A stretch of DNA of 64,000 nt from Podarcis cretensis. Lineage: Eukaryota. Of the stretch, positions 25,447 to 41,099 are shown one piece after another (position 1 is the stretch's first letter; each line of letters begins with the position of its first letter). The stretch is taken from assembly GCA_951804945.1 (NCBI GenBank), contig OX638150.1:42532001-42596000 (forward strand). Direction: 5' to 3'. The position numbers and the translations under genes are program-made. The notes below the pieces were generated by a model. The model did not search any database. It saw only the letters and a list, made by a program, of their open reading frames with translations, and was not told the DNA's origin.

Positions 25447-26541
25447 CTATGGAATATAAAAAATATATAGAAATCATCCATCTCTTCAGTATCAAGCAGG
25501 AATATGGCCTAATGCAAAGGTTTCCGCTCCTTGTGAAACCAGTCTCCAGTCACCACATACTCATTTGACAGCAGTCACCCTTTCATCATAACCAACTTTT
25601 TCAGCAGTGGAACTATCACTACATAGCCCCACATATTTATTAGATTTTCAGGTCTTGCAGTTTCTCCCTCTTTAACACACGGTTTTGCCTTTTCCTGGTG
25701 CTTCAACTGTATTTTTACCTTCTGTCACCTGAAATACTTCAATACAGCAGTTTTAAATTTTACATGCTGAAAAGTCATTTGACATTCTGGTGGCCTTCCA
25801 TGACTTGATCTTTCAAGCTCTTCACATTACACTCCTAGGATGTACTGAACAATGCCTTCTAGTTTCTTAATAACCAAAATATGAATTTTCCTTTTAAAAA
25901 GCTTGGAAATATTCAGGCAACATATGCTGTTCAGGCATGAACAAATACATGAGGATGGCCAAGGATTTTGGGAATAAAGAATTCTCCTCAAACTTCACTG
26001 TTTCTCTCCCATTCCATGTCCTCTTTTTTCCTCCTCCTTAAAAATTCCTGCCTCTTTTCCTCTCCCATCCCCTGTGTCTCTCCAATCTATACTGGAATAT
26101 CCCAAGTTCTGCAACCTTACAATAGCTGCCAACAGACTACGTTATAAAAACAAAAGCACATGTTCAAGTTGGTTTTATTAGATGAAGAAGATAAGTAATT
26201 CAGTTTGGGGGTTTCTGGAAATAGCATTTGGAGAAGTTGGCACAGAATTTGTGACTCTTACTTAAACTGCTTTGAGGTTTTTTACAATCAAGCGATGAAT
26301 AAATTTTATGAAATAAATGAATAAATAACATTCCATTACCAGACATTTAAGGATTTCTCACTTCTCAATTACACTTTTGAAAAACCCTCATCTCCCCCAA
26401 AATACATCCATTACCAACCTTTCTATGTGGAAAAGGGTCATGGGAAAAGGGTTAGTTTTACTGAAAGAACCAGTGTACCATTTTAGGTTACTGAAACAGC
26501 TAATCATTTTCAAAGCTCTAAAAACCTATTTCACAAAGTTA

Positions 26542-26796
<255 letters not shown>

Positions 26797-27199
26797 CTAT
26801 AAAAGAAGATGAAAATGAATACAGTAAAGTTTTCTACAGCAGCTTATCCATTCAGTAACGTAAGAAATACATCAGTTGTGTATTACAATAAAGCTTGAAA
26901 ATATCAGACAATTCTGGAATAGATTTGCATTGGGAGATATTATGTGTTTGAGAGTTGGGACTGATGTTGATCACAAGTGGAACTTGAGTCAACAGTGTGA
27001 TACAAAAAAGGCTAATGTGAATATATGTTGCATTAATAGTTTCCATAGTTTCCAAGTCATGGAAAGTAATCATTCCATATTATTCTGCACTATTATTATT
27101 CAACCTCAAGTGGAACACCATATCCATATTAATCACAAAACTGGAAGATACCTTGGAAATCAACCCCCACTTAACGTAGGATAAAACTACATTATAGCA

Positions 27200-28030
27200 T
27201 AGCTGGCAGCTGACCATCAAGTCTCTGCTTAAAAACTTCCTGCAAATAAAAGCCCTCTTCAGACAGTTCTATTCCATGATCAGATAGTGCTCACCAGTAG
27301 AAAGTTTCTGCAATGTTTAGTTGCATTCTACTTCCCTGCAGTTTCCATCGATTGTTTGCAGTAGTGCCCTCTAGAGCAACAAAGAACAGGTCTGCTCCAT
27401 CTTCTGCATGACAGTCCTTCAAATATTGAAAACTGCTATCTTCTCTTTTCTTGGCTAAACAGATCCAGCTCTTTCAAGCATTCCTCATAGGATGGTTTCC
27501 AGACATCAAAATTCCATTAGCGTGCACACACTCAAGCTTGTCAATACAGCACCCACAACTTTAAACTACATTACTATGGTGTACTGAGATGTTTTTAAAA
27601 TATGAATGAATGAATGATCCAGTACAGAAGTGCTCAGAACAGTGACTTCCCATGATATATAGACATATTGGAATGAGTTCAGAGGAAGGCAACAAATACA
27701 GCTGCTGCTTTGGAAAACAAGTCCTATTATTATAAAGAAAGGTTGAAAGAACTTGGCATGTTTAGACTGGAAAAGAGAGGACTGAGGGGTAACAAGATAG
27801 CACTCATTCAAATACCTGAATGGCTGTCACACAGAAGAGGACAAAGACTTGCTCTCTATTACTCCAAGTGGGCAGATCTAGGAGGGGTAGTGGGCTTTTC
27901 TTCGCTGAAGGTCTCCAAGCAAAAGCTAGACAGCCATCTGTTGAGGATGTTCTAGCTCTGGATTTCTTGCATCAAGCAGAGAGTTGGACTACATTGCCTA
28001 CAAGGAGCCCTTTAACTCTGTGGTTGCATA
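27200..28030. mobile_element. Two old CR1 fragments (about 27200-27560 minus, 27600-28030 plus) in FOXK2 intron 3
   Basis: ERLKELGMFRLEKRGLRG is the CR1 ORF2 C-terminal signature on the plus strand. The upstream part reads as a CR1 reverse complement (ttggctaaacagatccagctctttcaagcattcctcatagg). Confidence 0.65.
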
Positions 28031-28257
28031 TTTGATGCCTTTTCGTTTTGAAACTAACTTTTATAGGCTTTAGCATTTTCAATATTCCAACACACAGAAT
28101 GGATATAATTTGAAAGATATTTTAGAAAATCACTTGACAACAAAAAAGAAAATTGTGAAAGTATAATCTTCTAGCTTTATGATACTTTCTTAGCATTCCG
28201 TAGCATCTAAACTAAATACAGCACAGATATACAGGATACATGCTGTTTTCTATTTCA

Positions 28258-28599
<342 letters not shown>

Positions 28600-31500
28600 T
28601 TACAAAATAAATCATGCAATTAAGAACCTGCAATCATTTCCACAATAACCCTTATAAGTCTCTCAGCATTGTGAACTTTAGTAGTTATAGGGGAAGGAAT
28701 CACTGGGATCTCTTTCATAAAGATAACATTAACCGCTATTTTATGAATGTGATGTTTTTGTGACGGAATTGAACTTAGATGTAAACATTTTTAGAAAACT
28801 GTTCTTCAGAGTCTAGTGCTTTACTTGTGTCTACAACAGTATATATGAAAATGGACGGACAAGCCTTAAACAAGGATGTGGCATCTCAAAATGTAGACCT
28901 ACACAAGTAGGACAAGTACAGCTGCAGAAGAAACTGCTCAGTTGAAACACATAGAGTACAAAATTCAATGTGGTGAGACAAAGAGCCTTGACAAAGCCTG
29001 GGTAAAAAGATCACACTGTCAAATCCAGTTTCTCTTATAGGACATAGTGCTTGGAAAAAGATATGGAGGATAAATTTGCCAATTCACTGATGCCTTGATG
29101 AAAATACTCCATGTAAACAGTGGTTACAGCACAAATCTGAATGCTCTTTTTGAGGGGAAAAGAGAGGGGTCACTCACCAATGAAGGCAGTAGTGAGTGAC
29201 ATATGGGAAGAAGCAGGCTTTACTTTCCTGTTACTATTAGATTAGGAAAATGTTAATATCTTGGCAGAAGTCTCACATGCTCTCAATATAGAGAAAACAA
29301 TCCCTCTTAAGGTCAAGAAATGTTTGATTCTACCTAGTTTTTCAAAAAGTGTGGTGCTGCCCTCTAGCAAGTGTGAAGAGCAGCCAGCCTTCGTTTCAAC
29401 TTGGAAGCTGCGAGGCCTTCAAGCAACATCTTCCAACAGCACATGGGAGGCTTGACAGGTTGAGGGAGGGAGGTAATTATTGTTTTAGCGGTAAAGTGGT
29501 CCAAATGCTGGTTTTTAATGCCACAGCTGCATCCTCCTGCATGGCTGCAAGACTATAAAGAGACAGAAGAGTCTCCAGGCTGTAATCTGGCAATCTTACC
29601 AGATGCCAGGATTGCTTGTTAAATATGGAAGTGGTTGCATATAGGTGCCAACTGTCACATATTAGTTTGGAATAGATATCTGTACACGTAGGCAAATCTC
29701 TCACATGTGTCCAGTGACTACAGTCAGATCAAATGAGGAACTACATTCAGGATGGTAACCTTAGGAATGCAAAGAATTGTTTTAGGTGCATTTCCCTGTC
29801 TTCAGTAGTTTAGATTTGAGGTAGCTGAGGACACACCAGTAATGCACACCAGTTACAAAAGAAATGCTACAATGATCTAAATCCTCTTCAGGATATAGTG
29901 GGCTATGGTGAGAAGGGCAGTAAACCAATACAAAAGATTTCAAAAAAGGATGATATTAAGTAAACATATAATTTGTTTATTCTTCACAATGAACAATACC
30001 AAAAACTTTGTTAGATCGGATAATACAACAGAGACTAAAGATCAACCTGTGGAGAAAAGGGAACCAACTGACTCCTGAGCTACTGTTGTTAAGAAGTCTG
30101 TTTTGCTGCATGCCCACAATAGTACTGGCTTATGGGCCTATTTCAGCATTTCAAACTATCGACTTTATTTGTGGAAGTTTTCAGAATGAACTTATTTTTA
30201 AAAAGCATTCAAAATGTTGACTATGTAGCTTCTAAAATGTACAATTGATAAACAAATCAGCTTTAGAAAAGCACCTGCATGACAAAGACATACCCACCCC
30301 TGAACAGGATCACTATCCAGATAACAGTCAGCTATTGCCAACCCAGCTACTAGCTGGAGAATAAGCCCACATAATGGCTCCATCTTCCATTTCAGCAAAC
30401 ACTATGGTGAGATCCAAACACACTATCTACATGTGTGAATGGAAAGAGCTTCCTTTCATGTGCAGGGGGAAAGGCAGTATCTCCATTGACAACAGTCCCT
30501 CGTGAGATTCTGCTCCATAGGATCTTCAGCCTTTGGATGGGATTTTCTGGGTGGAGGCTGAGACTTAATGGAGTGGAAAGCTTAAAAGTTCCTGTGTGCA
30601 AAAGGAGGAGGGATTCAAATAAATTTTGACCCTTGCCTACAGGTTGTCGATAGGGCCTCCACCCAATTAAAAAGAAATTAACAGCATGCAATTTTAAATT
30701 AATTAAATTTGTCTATGACAATAAATAGTTTTGAAGAGAACAAAAAGCCATTTGATGATGCATGTGCATGTCATAGCAGATAATGTCTTAGAATATTAAT
30801 TCTTTTTATGTTAAACAAAGAAAATGAATGCTTGTTCTAAGATGGTGCCTGCCATGTGTAGGTGGTTGGGTTTTTTTTAAGTACTTATATATAATTATTA
30901 TTTTTACATGTGCTGCCCATTTAATAAGGGCACATTTTAGTCAGCCAATTTAAACTTACCTTAGCCAATTTAGCTTAGTTTTTAATGTAGATCTTATCTG
31001 GTAATATAGTTGGAGTCAATAATTTATGCAGCTCCAATCAGTACTGTGAAGATACTGTAAGGAGGAATCTTAAAAGCCTGATTTACCCTTGATCTTTCAT
31101 AATTAATGCATCTTGAGTCTTTAAACACAGACGTTTGGTATCACCATTGGGGGAAAAGTTCCATGAAAAATATTGGCATCTCTGGGTCTTCCTTTTACCT
31201 TGTTCATATAAATGTGCAGGGTAACACAAAGAAGTTCTAGTCAGTTCTCCCTTGAGAAAGATTATATGGTCACAATTGCTTCTCTTGAGATATGTTGTTT
31301 ATGTTTTGTTCTGATAGGAAAGAATTTGCATGGACGAATGTTTGTTTTGATACCAAGAATCAACCAATGTGATTTTATATTTATGTGCCTCAGAAGCTGC
31401 TGGACATGCTTTATTTTGACAAAGCAACTGGAATAAAATTTGTAATGTATTATAATTTCCCAAAAATAACACATGCACAAAAAGCTAATTTAAAATAAAA

Positions 31501-34376
31501 CTCCAGGGTGCCTGTAAGCAACCACACTGTGTGATTCTCATTTTAGCTACAGAACCTCACTGCCATTTCAGCTCCCCATGACCTCCAGGAGTAGCTTTTT
31601 CGGGGGCAGGGCAGTGATGAGAGATTGTGGTAAGAAGGGGAGTTGGGAACACACACAAAAGTCACAGCATGTGCACAGAATGCTGCATGGGCAATTCTTT
31701 AGATTTCAGCATTTATAATGCAGTGCCTTTCCTAAATTGTTCTCAAAGCAGCCATGACTATTATTTTTAATGCTGTAAAGCTGAAAAGCCTTGTAATGTT
31801 TTCGAACTTATTTTGAATACTATTTTTAATGCTATAAAGTTGAAAAGTCCTCCCTCTCCTCCCTACAATCTGCTCTGGAGGGTTGGGAAGAAACCCAGAA
31901 AAGGTGTGTGGGGTGCACAGGAGCACATGGGGAAAGGAAAGGGAGGGGAAATTCTACTGCATGAACAGGGATGATCCTTTAAGGTCAATGACTTCATTGG
32001 ATACAGCCCACATACGGTAGGCAACACAAAGACAACTGTAATAGATCTACAGAAGAATTTTGATTCATTACTTGTTATGTATACACTGCAGTCTGAGTTA
32101 AAATCAACCACACACATTTTTCACTGAACATACTACTACACACAAATCATGATTCCAAAGTCTCAGCTCAAGTCAGTTTTGCCACCTTTGTGGTGCAAAA
32201 CCAACGTAAATATTCTTAAATGTACTCTGCACATTCTAGCTGCTTAAAATATTTTGCAAATGACATCCAAATTGCCTTTGCATCCTTGGTAAAATGATTT
32301 AGTTAAATTGCAATTAGAGATGCCTGCATACCCAACTTTTCTCCCCAAAAGAGATCAATTATTTGCAAGTGTTCCAAGTGAACGCTCAAAAAGGATCAAG
32401 ACCATACAAGCAATCACTTTCAGCTCTTGCAAGGAACCAGAGTCCTCTGCCATCTCATCCCCTTCTACTACTTTAGGGTCTCAAAACCAACCCAGGGCAG
32501 GGATGTGGCAGACATTTTCCCACATCCCAACCCAACCTCCAACTGGAGAAGGCACTGAGGGTCAGGGACACTGAGAAATCCCACAGAACAAAAACAAGAA
32601 GGACATGCAAGCTGGAACTAATACTTTTCTTAATCTAATACTTTTTATTTTAGTATTTTCTTTTTGAAAGTGTTACCATAAAAGACAGTATTGCATTGCA
32701 TCCAACTAAGTCACTGCTTAAACAAAATGACACAGTGGAATTTCCCTTCCGTTCCTCCCCCATGTGCTTCCCCCTCAAATCTCCAGAGTAGATTTGGGGG
32801 TACAGGGAAGACGGAGAAGTTCAGTTGTGTCGTTTGACTCATGCAGTTTGCTTAACTGAATTCATAGCAATTAAGATAGTCAACACAACAGAAACACCTG
32901 TTTGTGAGGTGTTGGCTGACCATTATATAAACAGAAACACCTTTGGCTCCCCCCCCCCATATTTGCATTTGCGATGTTAAGACTTTTCGTCTCAGCAATT
33001 TTTCAACCATTCCCTACTGGAGAGAGCGCACTTATTGGAGGCAAAAAAAAATAGCTGATATAAAAAATATCAGATGAGTTTCCCCACATTTTAATTAACT
33101 GAATTATCAATACAACTCAACAATATATGCATAAGCTTCAAACAAAATAAATAAAGATGGCTTATTAGGGAGATGGTCCATGTTGTTAAGTGACTTTGAG
33201 CATGCCCACCACCCATATAAAACCAGCTATTAGGTTACTACATAGCCAACATTTATCATGGTTCTTAAACTCAATCTAATGTTCCCAGGAATCCCAGCAG
33301 GTATGAATCATTGGTTCACAAAATGTTCCAAGTCTGACAATTTCTAAACACTCACATACTGAAAGCCAAACTAGACACAACAGCAGCAGACCTCTCCTTT
33401 TACATGCAGATTTCCCCCAATCATGTAGTTTAGGAGCAAAGGGGGCATGTGAGTGGGAACTGCAGAACCTTCCATCCACATCCACCGTTAAAACTCCCTA
33501 CTCTCAACCATTCAAATTGTTCTCTCAGCCAGGCTCCGGTAGCAGAAGCAAGCCTGGCTGGGAGAAAAAGCACTGGAGAGTAGTGGCTGCAAGAAGTTAA
33601 GGGATCCTGGAAGGTATTCAGCACCACTCACCAGAATGCCTCTCTTCCTCTTAAAATTGAACCATCTGTCAGGACCCACACTCTTGTTAGCGTCTTCCTA
33701 ATCCATCAAACTAGCAGCACCAAAAGGAAAGGTGCTGGAGACTGGCCCAGGCCACAGTGGTTTAGATCTTGCACCCTTGAACGAGAAATACTTGGCTTGG
33801 ATCCTCCAGAGCCTGAAACTCAAAAGCCTGAACCCACCCAAGGAAGTAACTCTCTTCATGACAGGAACCCGAATCACCATGTTGGCCCACCCATCACTAC
33901 AGGCAGTTAGCCCAGAGAAAAGTGTTATGAGTGGAGAAGGAAGCATGCTGGGCTTCAAGCTAAGAGTCCTGCTGCTTTAAGGTCTTCTACACCTTAAGGA
34001 AAGGAAAGTGCTTTGGAAGCTGATCTGCAGACATAAAAGGATTTAGTTCAATCCTAGCTTTTGTGGTTAGTTTGCTCACTTGGAGCTTTCCACGGTACTG
34101 TCTTGCCCCATGGGCGTACTATCAAGGTAAGCAAAGGGCATCCTCTCTCACCTACTTTATATATAATTGAGGCAAACCCACAATGTCTGAAACCATCACC
34201 TCTAGTTTGGCCTTGAGCGATCGATAGTACTGTAAATTCAAGTAAGACCAGCACAATTAGGTGGCTGAAGAGAAGGTGCAAGTCTACAGTTTATTCCCAG
34301 GTCGAGCTGAGCAAGTTTTATTGCACAAATGAAAGCTTCAAGTGATGTATACTTCATATTAAATTCTGTGGTCCTA

Positions 34377-34688
<312 letters not shown>

Positions 34689-35874
34689 TTACCCTAATAA
34701 AATGTTAATTGTAAAGTGTTATTTCAGGTTACAAAATGAGCAATTACTATTTGCAGTTTTTAAAAAGTCTTAACACAGAGAACTGAACACACATCTAAAG
34801 ACCAAAACTAGCATTCACAGAAATAGCATAGTATTATGAAAAGATAGGTTTGAATCAAAAGCCTTAGTCCTACACTGACCTAAAATTGGTTAGGAAATGA
34901 TCCATACTTCATAAAAGGGCATACATTAAAAACCTCAAGAACTCTTTTTTTTTTCTTTTTTTTTTTAGGTTACTGCCCTTTTCTCTAGTTTCTGGAGAAA
35001 ATTTCAAAATGCAGTACATAGTGTCTTGGGGTGTGTATGTTATATTCTGGGTGGATGAGTAGTGTGTAAAACTGAAATCACGTCTAGTCAGAACAACCCC
35101 CTAGAACCACTTCTACATGAAAAATCTTACCTGCTAGAGCCAGTGTGAGATCTCACCTGAGATATCGCAAAAGCATCCATAGCCCACAAGAGTTTCCCAG
35201 AGTCCAAGGTTGAGAAATTAAAAGCTCTTTCCACGCAGGAAAACTCAGCAAGCAAACAGCTTTTAAACTCTCCACCTCGCATGCATTTAATTTGTGTGAT
35301 ATCAGCTGGCCAGCTGCCAAGCGCATAGAACTGTGATTGTAAAAGTTAAATATGTGCAAGTAGTGATCCTACAGTATGGCAGGATTACAACCAACTTGTT
35401 CAGCTGAAATAACTCTGACAACCAGGGGCTGCTTCAAACAGTTGAATGTCATGGAGGTGGAGGAAGAAATAACTGTATAGAAATACTGTATTCTTTATTC
35501 CTGATACATTTTGAAATCTGCTCTTTCATGGACATAGACCTAGTTTGTTAAAGCTATAATTAATCGTTATCCACATTAGTCAATAATATAAATACATACA
35601 CATTCACACAAAATGGCTTTCTTATCTGAATATTTCAAAGGATATCTCCAACATATATTACACAGTTACAAAGGTACAGAAATCAGAAACCAAAACAACC
35701 CAGTGATTGGAACACCTATGAAGGTAACAAATAATGAAAAGCATACCCCACCCCCACCCCAAATCTCCTTCTCATAGTACTAGAACTCTGGGTTACTCAG
35801 TGAATCAGGGTAGGTTCAAGATGGATGACAGTGCTTTTCACAGTGCTTAACTATGGCAATAGTAATACTGTGTC

Positions 35875-36222
35875 GGGACACAGGCGGCGCTGTGGGTTAA
35901 ACCAGAGCCTAGGACTTGCCGATCAGAAGGTTGGTGGTTCGAATCCCTGTGATGGGGTGAGCTCCCGTTGCTCGGTCCCTGCTCCTGCCAACCTAGCAGT
36001 TCGAAAGCACGTCAAAGTGCAAGTAGATAAATAGGTACCGCTCCAGCGGGAAGGTAAATGGCGTTTCCATGCGCTGCTCTGGTTCACCAGAAGCAGCTTA
36101 GTCATGCTGGCCACATGACCCGGAAGCTGTACGCCGGCTCCCTCGGCCAATAAAGCGAGATGAGCGCCGCAACCCCAGAGTCGGGCACGACTGGACCCAA
36201 TGGTCAGGGGTCCCTTTACCTT
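35875..36222 (+). mobile_element. Full-length Sauria SINE with 12-bp TSD, inserted into an older CR1 remnant
   Basis: gggacac..ggcgctgtgggttaaacc head, GGTTCGAATCC B-box and (CCTTTA)n tail. TSD taatactgtgtc at 35863-35874 and 36223-36234. Confidence 0.95.
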
Positions 36223-38607
36223 TAATACTGTGTCAGATGGCTTTAAAAGGGAATTAAGACAAAATCATGGAAGTGAAGTCTATTAAAAGATATTAGCTAT
36301 ATTTTCCTAGTGGTGCAACAATAAAGCTGCTAGCACATTTGCAAAGCCAGCAGGGTTGTGAATGGTTTCAAATGGGATGGGGGACCATTCATGCATTGCA
36401 GGGTGTTGGGCTAGATGACCCTCAGGGTCACTTCCAACTCTACAATTCTATGATTCTATGACAAGCAAACGGACTCAGGTTCAGAGGCACTATACCAGAT
36501 GTTGAGGACAGGCAGCAGGGAAGGGTAGCCCTAACTGAAGCCCTAACTGTGAGCTTCCTAGAAACACCTGGCCTCTGGAAGCAGAATGCTGGACTAGATA
36601 AGAGAGTTGGAGTGATCCAACAGAGTTCTTATTTAGACTGAAATTAAGATGGACAACCAACTCCTCCATAAACTGGACCAAATTTCCTCCCTACGCTATA
36701 TGTATTTTTACAAGCACGACACCCCACAAGTTTAGCTTATACCAATTTTTCAATAAAAATAATTTCAGGCCAAGAGCAACTAACACCAATTGAAGCCACT
36801 TCTGGAAAACATACGTCACTTGCAATTACAAATCCTACCATACTTTGCAACATTAAACCATATAAAATTTAAACCTCCAAGGCTACCAAAGAAAAGAGCT
36901 CTAAAGAAACCAAACACAGCATCCTTGCACAGACTGAAAGGAAGCCTGAAAGAAATCTGCCTGCAGGCAGTAGTTACTGTAGAAACCAAGCTCTTCATCG
37001 TTTTTCCTCCAAGCAGAAGACACAAAAGAGCTGGAAAGCAGGGATCGATGGGAAGCAGCTTATAAAGCTGCTTGTCACATCAGCTGCAGGAAAACCAGAC
37101 ACTAATTCATTAAAACTACCCATGTAATGCCTCTGGAATTTGAGGCTCCATCGTCTGCGAGTACAAAAGAAACTCTGCCTATGGAAACGCTGCACTTTTA
37201 AGTATTTGGCATCTTTCAACACAAAAGCTAAACACAGGCTGGTTGTGTGGTCTCTAAATTTCATCTTCAACCTTAAGAACATGAATGAATATAATTTGCC
37301 TGGAAGAAGACTGCATGTCTACACTTGCTTCAGATTTATAAATGTCTGTTTCAGCATCTTAAACAACTTATGCCACTTTGAAGTAATAGAACAGTTGCTT
37401 CAAAATCAAGCTAACTTTTCCCCTTTCAGTTTATTATTATTTCCTGCTGTTAAATTAATTCATATTGTAAGCAGAAAAGGATTTTCTATTCTATAACCAC
37501 TGTAAGTATCTATGTTTCCATGTGAGAAGGTCAACAAACAAAAAGCTGTGCCCTTCTATTAGACACTTACCCAACTTTTCATTCATATGCAAGCAGGTAG
37601 GTGTCTCTTTGGTGTAGTAACATTTAGGCCACATCACACCAATCAACAGCATACATTTCAAGCAGCCACTTCTAAGTTTTGACTAAATTTCTGGATAAAC
37701 ACTTTTTTCTGTCAGAAAAGTTCTCATAATACCAAAAAGAAGACCAACAAGCCAGATGTTTTCAGGAGTATGAAGGGTGCATATAACTTGGCATCTTCAT
37801 CTGAACACAAAATTAAGGCTATATACTGAGATAATGTGGCTGTGTTTACTGTGATTTGGAGAGTACATTATTTATATCCCATCTTTTTTCCATGTATGAC
37901 ATACATACAAGGCATTCATTTTTCAAAAAGTCATCTAAGAGAAGACTTTTTCCTTTTGGTATCTGTATTTTTTCTTTTAAAAAAATAGTGATTAGCCACT
38001 ATTTCTTGCCAAAGGCATCTCAAAGCAACTTACAACCAACCAACCAACCAACCAACCAAAAACCCATATAGATACATTAAAATGAAGAAGAAGAAAATAC
38101 TATTATATACTACCCTAATTTTCAAGCAATGAGAGATTCCAGGCAGGGGTTCCATGCACTTACCCAAGGTTTGGTTTCCTGGAAATAAGAGACAGCAGAG
38201 ACTGCGGTGTCTTTAGGGTATTTGGTTTATTTACTCATATATAGAACCTGAACATAAGCTGGAGAGGCTTACAGCATTAACAACACTCCAAAATTTCTTG
38301 TTTTTCCCATAGTCACAGGCTTGGATTCTAGGAGAAATCAAGCATGTCTCTCTCCCAGCTTCTGCTGCTGCCAGGTTCTGCCTGTATTGGATGTAAATTG
38401 CTTTTATGTATCTGCTGGTGCTTTAAATTGTTTATATATATATAAGGTTTTAATTGCTTTTATTATAAAAGTTTTATACATGTAACTGTTCTGGTGTGTT
38501 TAATACAAGCAATTGCTCCATATGTTTTTACTGTATTGTAAACTGCTTTGGGGTGTGTCATGGGAAGTGTTCACAAATGAAATGAATAATAATTAAAAAA
38601 TAATGAA

Positions 38608-38673
38608 CACATCAGATTTCAAATGGTCTCCCATCCAGGCACCAACCAGATCCAGATCTGCTTAGTTTTGGAT
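38608..38673 (-). mobile_element. 5S rRNA-derived fragment (SINE head or 5S pseudogene)
   Basis: Minus strand aaactaagcagatctggatctggttggtgcctggatgggagacc matches the 5S internal control region (box A to box C) at 34/44 against the recalled vertebrate 5S sequence. Confidence 0.65.
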
Positions 38674-39883
38674 GCCTGCCTTGAGCGCCTTTCAATTAGT
38701 GATTGAAAGATCAGTCTTTTTCCAGTCAGTATCACTTTCATATGTATTCAATCACAAATCCATTCTTTTTTATAAAAAAAAACTTCTCTAAAATGCATTG
38801 ACAATATGCATTCTGTGTATATTTTTCTGAACCACAACTGTACTGCAAAATATGGCAAAGTATGCAATGTTCTGATTCATGTATCAGTGCAAGAATGGCA
38901 AAATAGGCTGGTTCACTCTGAAATGCAGACCAAACATAATTCTCCCCATCCAACTTCCAATGCATGTATAAAATGGGAACATAAGAATCCAAGGACATAG
39001 GCTGGTAGGCTCATTTGTTCTAACTCTTGATGCTAATTCCATCTAGCCCAATGTTTTATTTAGACATGTTTACTGTAGTTTCTGAAGGGAAAATAAAATT
39101 AAAAACCTGGACTGTACTTCAAAATACTGTGATTCTATAATGTGACTATATTGTGCAAATCTTATGCAAGCCATTTTGAGAGCCTTTTCTTACTACAAAA
39201 CGAGATATATTAAATCAAACAAACACACTGTTCAATTCATGGAATCATACATTTTATGCACTCTTACTTCTGAAGGAGGAGGAATCTATGAATGATGCAA
39301 GCTGCTGCAGTAGCCAACATAACAACAAAGCAGTGTTGTTTTCAGCAATATACAGCACAGGTTACGGCCTAATTAATCTGTAACCTTTTAGTTCCACAGT
39401 CTCCTAGACAAGCCCAGTCAGCATATGGTCCAACAAGATCAGCATATCACTTAAACTTAACAACCCATGAAGCAGTGCACCTAAGCATTCTTCAGATTAA
39501 CCATTAAGAGCATCTACTTTTCAACAGTTTTCTAAGCACATCATTTTGGACATATTCCTACAGATTTAAAACTTGCCCCACTGAAATCTGATTAATGCCT
39601 GACAATAAGAGCAGACGAACCACTCATTTTCAATAGCCTCTCAAATCCTATGCCAGTGTCTCCCAAATCTTGAGCTTATGCCACCCTCGTGAGCTTATTC
39701 TGTATTCTATCTCCACCCCAAATCCAGCATTATTAAGTCTGTTCCACAGCTGGGTGTGCGGAGATCCTTGCATACAGTCATGTACATGCAACTTGCTGGT
39801 GTTCACAAAAATCTGTGGACTGCGGAACTAACTGATTACTAGCATTAGAAAAGATAGCAAGCCATATCTGATACTTCCTAAAA

Positions 39884-40020
39884 CAGGAGTAGGCAATGTG
39901 GTGCCCTCCAAAAGTTTTGGACTCCAACTCCCATCAGCCACAGCTACATGGCACAAATGGTAAGAGATTATGACTACTGTAGTCTACAATATCTGGAAGG
40001 CACCACACTGGCTATCTCTG
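39884..40020. mobile_element. hAT MITE with perfect 8-bp TSD
   Basis: Inverted termini caggagtaggcaatgtggtgccctcca / tggaaggcaccacactggctatctctg. TSD tcctaaaa at 39876-39883 and 40021-40028. Confidence 0.88.
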
Positions 40021-41099
40021 TCCTAAAACCATATATAGGAGAACACCATTAGAACAAAGCAGGTCATCAAAGCAGTCAGAGGGGAAGCAGCCATCCTCAC
40101 AAATCCAGGGAGAATCCTCTAAAAGCTCTTCTAGCATTAATGCTACTACTACTACTAATAATAATAATTTGTACCCTTCCCATCTGACTGGGTTGCCCCA
40201 ACCACTCTGGGCGCCTTCCATCTAATATAAAAACACAATAAAACATCAAACATAAAAATCCACCCATGTATTGACACCTTTTCCAGGCCAAGCCCACATT
40301 GGGAGAATCACTGCTTTATGAGGCAGATAATATCAACCAAAGCACAAGAACCTGCTTCCTTCCCTGCCAGACCTTCACACCAGTAGGTGTGCTGCTAGTG
40401 TGGCGATGGCAAAATGCAGCTGACTGGAAGTGTGGCTGGCAAAGGATAAAGTCCTACCTTGCTGAAATGGCAGCTTTGTACCTCTAAGATGGTACAAAGA
40501 CTTACATTCAGTACCTCAAACTGCTGTCTATACAAAGGATTGGTGTGCAAGAATCTAAGCACTTATGGTTAATGTTAACCAAGCATATAGTACAGTCAAT
40601 GAGCCAAGCTTTAGGCTGCCCCAGAAAAGGGGGTTGTATGTATCTAACTTATTTATGTTAGAGAGGTACAAGGTACTTACTGCAGAGCTATCCAAGGTTT
40701 AACACAAGAATCCAAGTAGAGAATGTAAAATTACTTAGCAAAAAACAATCAAAATTTCAAGTAAAGAGTGCTTACATTTATCTTAATGACAACTTGTTGA
40801 AACAAATGAGGAAATCAATTGTTATTTTTTAAAGAAAAAAATCAGTGACACCATCTATATTCTGTTAAGAAATACAGATGGACATCTTATGTAGGGTTCA
40901 GTTCCAAGAGATTATAGTTAAAATTAACCAAAATTTGTCTGGGTTCAGACAAAGCCTAATAAGCTAATAAAAGCAAACAACCTGAGACAGCACCATAAAA
41001 ATCCAAACACAGTAGGTAAATAAACAAAATTAAAATGATATTTAAACTCTCAGGAAAACAAAAGGGCCTTTGCTCCAATTGAAGATAGGCACAACTCAA

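Noticed and set aside
33280-34020. GC-elevated stretch with 82-86 aa ORFs in FOXK2 intron 2
   Set aside because: It may be an old LTR-type remnant, but I could not identify termini, a TSD or protein motifs.
35875-35960. tRNA-like A/B boxes that could be called a tRNA gene
   Set aside because: This is a SINE head continuing into the Sauria core and tail; there is no complete cloverleaf.
38130-38390. Possible LTR-like fragment (minus-strand AATAAA followed by U5-like sequence)
   Set aside because: No TG...CA termini or TSD could be located, so I left it unannotated.
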